In this document: piece after piece, positions 60,463-64,000 of the stretch
Numbering within the stretch: the first letter of the stretch is position 1
Layout: each line of letters starts with the position of its first letter
From: Thermoleophilia bacterium
Lineage (GTDB): Bacteria; Actinomycetota; Thermoleophilia; RBG-16-64-13
Reading direction: 5' to 3'
DNA length: 64,000 bases
Assembly (NCBI GenBank): GCA_027493445.1
Contig: JAOSKU010000001.1
Span: forward strand, 1,878,822 to 1,942,821
The notes under the pieces: generated by a model
The model's database searches: none
Told to the model about the DNA's origin: nothing
The model's input: the letters and a program-made list of their open reading frames with translations, nothing else
Program-made: the position numbers and the translations under genes

Positions 60463-62166
60463 TCACTCGGCTTCGAGGGCCTGCAGCGCGTTCTCCAGGA
60501 GCTGCGCCGCCTCGCCCCGGGTCATCGAGCCCCAGGGGTCAAGGGCCCCCAGGGGCAGCCCCTCCAGCAGCCCGCTCGCCTCGGCCGACCGGGCGGTATC
60601 TCGGTGAGGGACGTCGAGATCGTCGTCCCACGCGCCGCGGAAGCCGGCGGACGCCACCGCCAGCACGCCCGGCGCCTCCGCCTGGAGGGCGCGCACCACC
60701 ATGGTCACGGCCTGCCCGCGGGTGATCTCGCCCCGCGGAGCGAAGGTGCCTGCGTCGAGGCCGGTCACGAAACCCCGCGCGGCCGCCACGGCGATGTAGT
60801 TGTCGGGGTAGAGGGTGCCCGGGCCGCCGTCTTCCACGTCGGCGAAGGGGCAGACGTCGGCCTCGCCGACCGGCGCCCGAAAGGCCAGCACCAGCATCTT
60901 GGCGAACTGCTGGCGCCAGAGGGGATCGAAGGCGCCCATGTCGCCGCCGGCGTACCCCTGCATGATGCCGCGGGCGCGCAGATCGGCCAGGGCCTGGTCG
61001 TAGGTGTGAGGCTGGTAGGGGTTCACACCCTGGTCGGGCCGGCCCACGTGGGCGGAGAGCTCCTCCCACACCTGGCGCAGCCGGGCGCGCTCGGTTGCGG
61101 TGAGACCCAGGTCGGAGCCGGAGTCGAGGCGCGGATGGGCGGGAAGCACGCGGTACTGGGTTCGGCCGCCGCTCCAGGACTGCTGCACGTAGACCGGCAG
61201 GTAGCGTAGCCCGGTGACGCGGGCGCCCTCGGCGTCTTTCTCGACGTCGGCGTAGAGCAGCAGGCCGCTGTCCCGGTAGCGCAGGCGCTGAGTAGAGACG
61301 AAGTTGCCCAGGGAGTAGGCGGCGTAGCGATACCCTCCCCCCGGCACGCTCACCCGCTCGATGGGCTGGACGACGTGAGGGTGGGCTCCCACCACCAGGT
61401 CGACCCCGCCCCGCAGCAGGGCGGTGGCGAGCGCACGCTGCTGCTCGGTGGCGTAGCGCTGGTACTCGTTCCCGAAGTGGAGAAAAGCCACCACCACATC
61501 GGCGCCCTCGGCCCGCGCCCGAGCCGCCTCGCCGAGCACCGTCTGCTGGGAGAGCAGGTTGACCGCATGGGGGCGGCCGGCGGGCAGCGGGAGACCGTTC
61601 AGGTAGTCGGTGTAGTTCAGGAAGGCCACTCGCACCCCGCGCACGCCGACGCTGAAGACCCGGGCCTGCTCGGCGGCAGTGCGGTTGGTGCCCACGTGGG
61701 CTAGGCTGGCCCGGTCGAGAGCGTCGAGGGTGTTGACCACGCCCGGCCAACCCATGTCCAGGCTGTGGTTGTTGGCGGTTCCCATGAGGTCGAAGCCGGT
61801 GGCCCGCAACGCGGGGGCCAGGTCGGCGGGCGAGTTGAAAGTGGGGTACCCGTGGTAGCCGTAGGCAGCCCCGGCCAGCCGGGTCTCGAGGTTGGCCACG
61901 GCGTAGTCGGCCTCCCGTACGTAAGGGGCGATAGGCGCGAAGATCCGCTCGAACTGGTAGCGGCCGGTGCCCGGATCGTACACCGAGTCGCCCAGGGGCT
62001 TGTGCATGAGTAGGTCGCCGGCGAAAACCAGGGTGATATGGGTGAGACCGGCGGCGGTCTGGGCTACGTCGGCGCGGGCGACGGTACTCCCCGACAGGAG
62101 CAAGACCATGCAGGCCAAGGCCAGCGGGGCCAGGAGACGCCACAGCCCTCGGCGTGTGGCGGTCAT
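60463..62166 (-). CDS. CapA-family (PGA_cap metallophosphatase-like) protein fused to three C-terminal SLH domains, with a signal peptide
   Basis: N-terminal ...LVFAGDLLMH... CapA region, and C-terminal repeats such as ...YPDNYIAVAAARGFVTGLDAGTFAPRGEITRGQAVTMVVRAL that are SLH-like. Confidence 0.6.
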   Translation of the reverse strand: MTATRRGLWRLLAPLALACMVLLLSGSTVARADVAQTAAGLTHITLVFAGDLLMHKPLGDSVYDPGTGRYQFERIFAPIAPYVREADYAVANLETRLAGAAYGYHGYPTFNSPADLAPALRATGFDLMGTANNHSLDMGWPGVVNTLDALDRASLAHVGTNRTAAEQARVFSVGVRGVRVAFLNYTDYLNGLPLPAGRPHAVNLLSQQTVLGEAARARAEGADVVVAFLHFGNEYQRYATEQQRALATALLRGGVDLVVGAHPHVVQPIERVSVPGGGYRYAAYSLGNFVSTQRLRYRDSGLLLYADVEKDAEGARVTGLRYLPVYVQQSWSGGRTQYRVLPAHPRLDSGSDLGLTATERARLRQVWEELSAHVGRPDQGVNPYQPHTYDQALADLRARGIMQGYAGGDMGAFDPLWRQQFAKMLVLAFRAPVGEADVCPFADVEDGGPGTLYPDNYIAVAAARGFVTGLDAGTFAPRGEITRGQAVTMVVRALQAEAPGVLAVASAGFRGAWDDDLDVPHRDTARSAEASGLLEGLPLGALDPWGSMTRGEAAQLLENALQALEAE

Positions 62167-62370
62167 CGCGGCGTCGACGGCGGCCGGCTCATGCCCCTCC
62201 TTTTCTGCGCGTCCGGCTCAGGGTAGAACAAGCAGCCGCCAAAAGTCCAGAGGATGTGTCCGTTAGGGCGGGCTGGGCGCCTCTGTCCGGCTGCTGTGAG
62301 CTACTCTGCCGTGCGGGCGGATAGTGACCATGGTACTATGACCATGGTCATATAGCATGGGAGGTGCCTC

Positions 62371-62604
62371 TTGGCCGAGACCGTCTCGAAATCAAAGTTC
62401 AAAGCCAGGGCGCTCGAGTACCTGCGCCACGTGGAGCAGAGCGGCCAGGAGCTGATCATCACCGACCGCGGCCGCCCGGTTGCGAAGGTGGTTCCCTTGT
62501 CCACGGACGTCGACAGCCTGCTCGCACCTTTTCGCGGCGCGCTGAGCTGGTACAAGGAGCCCACGGAGCCCGTGGGCGAGGACGATTGGGAGGCCCTGAA
62601 GTGA
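62371..62604 (+). CDS. Phd/YefM-type antitoxin
   Basis: KFKARALEYLRHVEQSGQELIITDRGRPVAKVVPL. Confidence 0.7.
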   Translation: MAETVSKSKFKARALEYLRHVEQSGQELIITDRGRPVAKVVPLSTDVDSLLAPFRGALSWYKEPTEPVGEDDWEALK

Positions 62605-62996
62605 TTCTGCTGGACACTCATGCCTGGATCTGGTGGCTCGCTCAACCCCACTCTCTTTCGCCCGCGGCCCGCGCGGCCATCGAGGGAAGCATCGAGGGCG
62701 AAGGGGTAGGGGTGTCAAGCATCAGCGTCTGGGAGCTCGCCCTTCTGGTGCACAAGGGACGCTTGGGCCTTGCGATGGACCCGGCCGCCTGGGTCGAAGC
62801 CTGCGAGGCGCTCCCGTTTCTGGCCTTCTACCCCGTGGACAACACGGTGGCCCTGCGGGCGGTCTCCTTGCCGCCCGCGTTTCACGCCGATCCGGCCGAT
62901 CGCATGATCGTCGCCACCGCTCTGGTTTACGGAATGAGGGTGGTGACCAAGGACGAGCGCATGCGGGCATCCGGGCTCGTTGGCGCCATCTGGTAG
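62601..62996 (+). CDS. vapC: PIN-domain toxin VapC
   Basis: (V)ILLDTHAWIWW. GTGA overlap with the antitoxin stop. Confidence 0.7.
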   Translation: MILLDTHAWIWWLAQPHSLSPAARAAIEGSIEGEGVGVSSISVWELALLVHKGRLGLAMDPAAWVEACEALPFLAFYPVDNTVALRAVSLPPAFHADPADRMIVATALVYGMRVVTKDERMRASGLVGAIW

Positions 62997-63223
62997 GGGC
63001 GGCTGGGGCCGCGAACCGTGCGCCTACATCCTCGCGATGGCGGCGCCGAAAACGAGCGCGCTCGGGCCCGAGTCCGGCGGCCTCACTGGAAGGCGGCGTG
63101 GGTCCACCCTCCGCGCACGGCACGAAGGTCAATACGAACACCACCGGAAGCCCGAGCGGAAGGACGCCGCGGTGCTGTCTCCGAGATCCCCTCACCGGTC
63201 CGCGTAGTCGATCGAGCGGTCTC

Positions 63224-64000
63224 TTATATCACGTCGAAGACGTGGTCCAGGAGCATCACGCAGGTGCAGCCCGCCAGGTCGGCCACGTTTGCCGAGGCGG
63301 TGACGCCGCCCATGGTCCGGGCCGCCACCACCGGGTCGGTGCCCGGGGGCAGGTTGTCCACCGTCTGCACGAACAGCACCACGCCCCAGCGGTCCGGAGG
63401 CTCGGTCTTCGCCAGGTCGAGGTGCCCGGTGTAGACGAAACGGTACTCGTCCCGCTTCTTGCGCGGAGCGGGCGCGGCCACCCAGGCGCACATGCCCACG
63501 AGGAAGCCCTCCCCGCCGCCTCCTCCGACGTCGACCCGCTGGATGTTCGGACCGCTCAGGCTGAGCACCTGCAGCTTTCCCTGCTCGGCGGTGCCGGCGG
63601 CGCTGTCGAGCAGCAGACCGGAGGCGTCGTAGGCCCGGACCTCCACCGGCCGGGCCATGTGGAACACCTCGAGCGTGACCTTCGAGGCCGGGGGCAGTTC
63701 CACGCGCATGCCCTGCCAGGGTATCTGGAGCACGGTGACGGCCTGTGGGTCGCCCGCCGGCCAGGGCCCCACGAAACGGCCGGGTTGCCCGGCACTGAAC
63801 CGGAAGACGTCCACCGAGAAGGGAAAGTGGGCCGGTTGGCCGGGCTTGGCTGGAGGCGGGAACCCGTGGAAGCAGACCTCCTTCCGCGGCTGTGTCTCGC
63901 ACTCCCCCGGGCTCAGCACGCGCGACATCAGGCGGTCGCGGTGGTCGCTCGGGAAGCAGTGAGCCACCACGAAGTAGTCGGCGGCGTACGCGGTGCGCTG
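63224..64000 (-). CDS. hypothetical protein, 5'-partial (runs off the window end)
   Basis: Open frame continues upstream of 63970 to the window edge. No recognisable motif. Confidence 0.3.
   Translation of the reverse strand, partial: QRTAYAADYFVVAHCFPSDHRDRLMSRVLSPGECETQPRKEVCFHGFPPPAKPGQPAHFPFSVDVFRFSAGQPGRFVGPWPAGDPQAVTVLQIPWQGMRVELPPASKVTLEVFHMARPVEVRAYDASGLLLDSAAGTAEQGKLQVLSLSGPNIQRVDVGGGGGEGFLVGMCAWVAAPAPRKKRDEYRFVYTGHLDLAKTEPPDRWGVVLFVQTVDNLPPGTDPVVAARTMGGVTASANVADLAGCTCVMLLDHVFDVI

Overview
High-GC (roughly 66-68%) bacterial chromosomal segment with four parts. (1) 766-19280: a Wzx/Wzy-dependent surface-glycan cluster. It contains GT2 and GT4 glycosyltransferases, an O-antigen polymerase, a flippase, a hexapeptide acetyltransferase, three SAM methyltransferases, a DegT aminotransferase, an NAD-dependent epimerase/dehydratase, RfbA, RfbB and a degraded GDP-mannose 4,6-dehydratase remnant. 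(2) 19342-30241: a mobile-element and toxin-antitoxin scrapyard. It holds an IS3 fragment, two nested group II introns, an ISAzo13-family IS, IS5-family copies, a HigA remnant, a DUF433/DUF5615 pair, a PIN gene with a small partner, and AbiEi/AbiEii. (3) 30468-44563: an enolase-superfamily gene, an M20 amidohydrolase, an aldehyde:ferredoxin oxidoreductase, a Liv-type ABC transporter, a GNAT, a DUF4143 ATPase, a PadR/DUF5320/GntR group, a ParS/RES pair and an orphan RHH antitoxin. (4) 44594-64000: a 922-aa secreted InlB-B-repeat surface protein carrying a near-perfect 921-bp tandem duplication, a Wzy_C ligase-like protein, otsB, a GMC oxidoreductase, an FAH-family hydrolase, a GDPD phosphodiesterase, a PhoB-like regulator with pstS, thrC, two Phd/VapC modules, and a CapA protein fused to SLH domains. 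The SLH domains, AOR and InlB-B repeats suggest a monoderm, S-layer-bearing and possibly thermophilic lineage such as Symbiobacterium, Thermaerobacter or Limnochordia, or a Chloroflexi member. This is speculation. Seven reading-frame breaks all coincide with short homopolymer tracts, mostly G/C, so they are most likely sequencing or assembly artefacts rather than real pseudogenes. No CRISPR array, rRNA or tRNA was recognised by eye. All protein assignments rest on remembered family motifs only, since no searches could be run.
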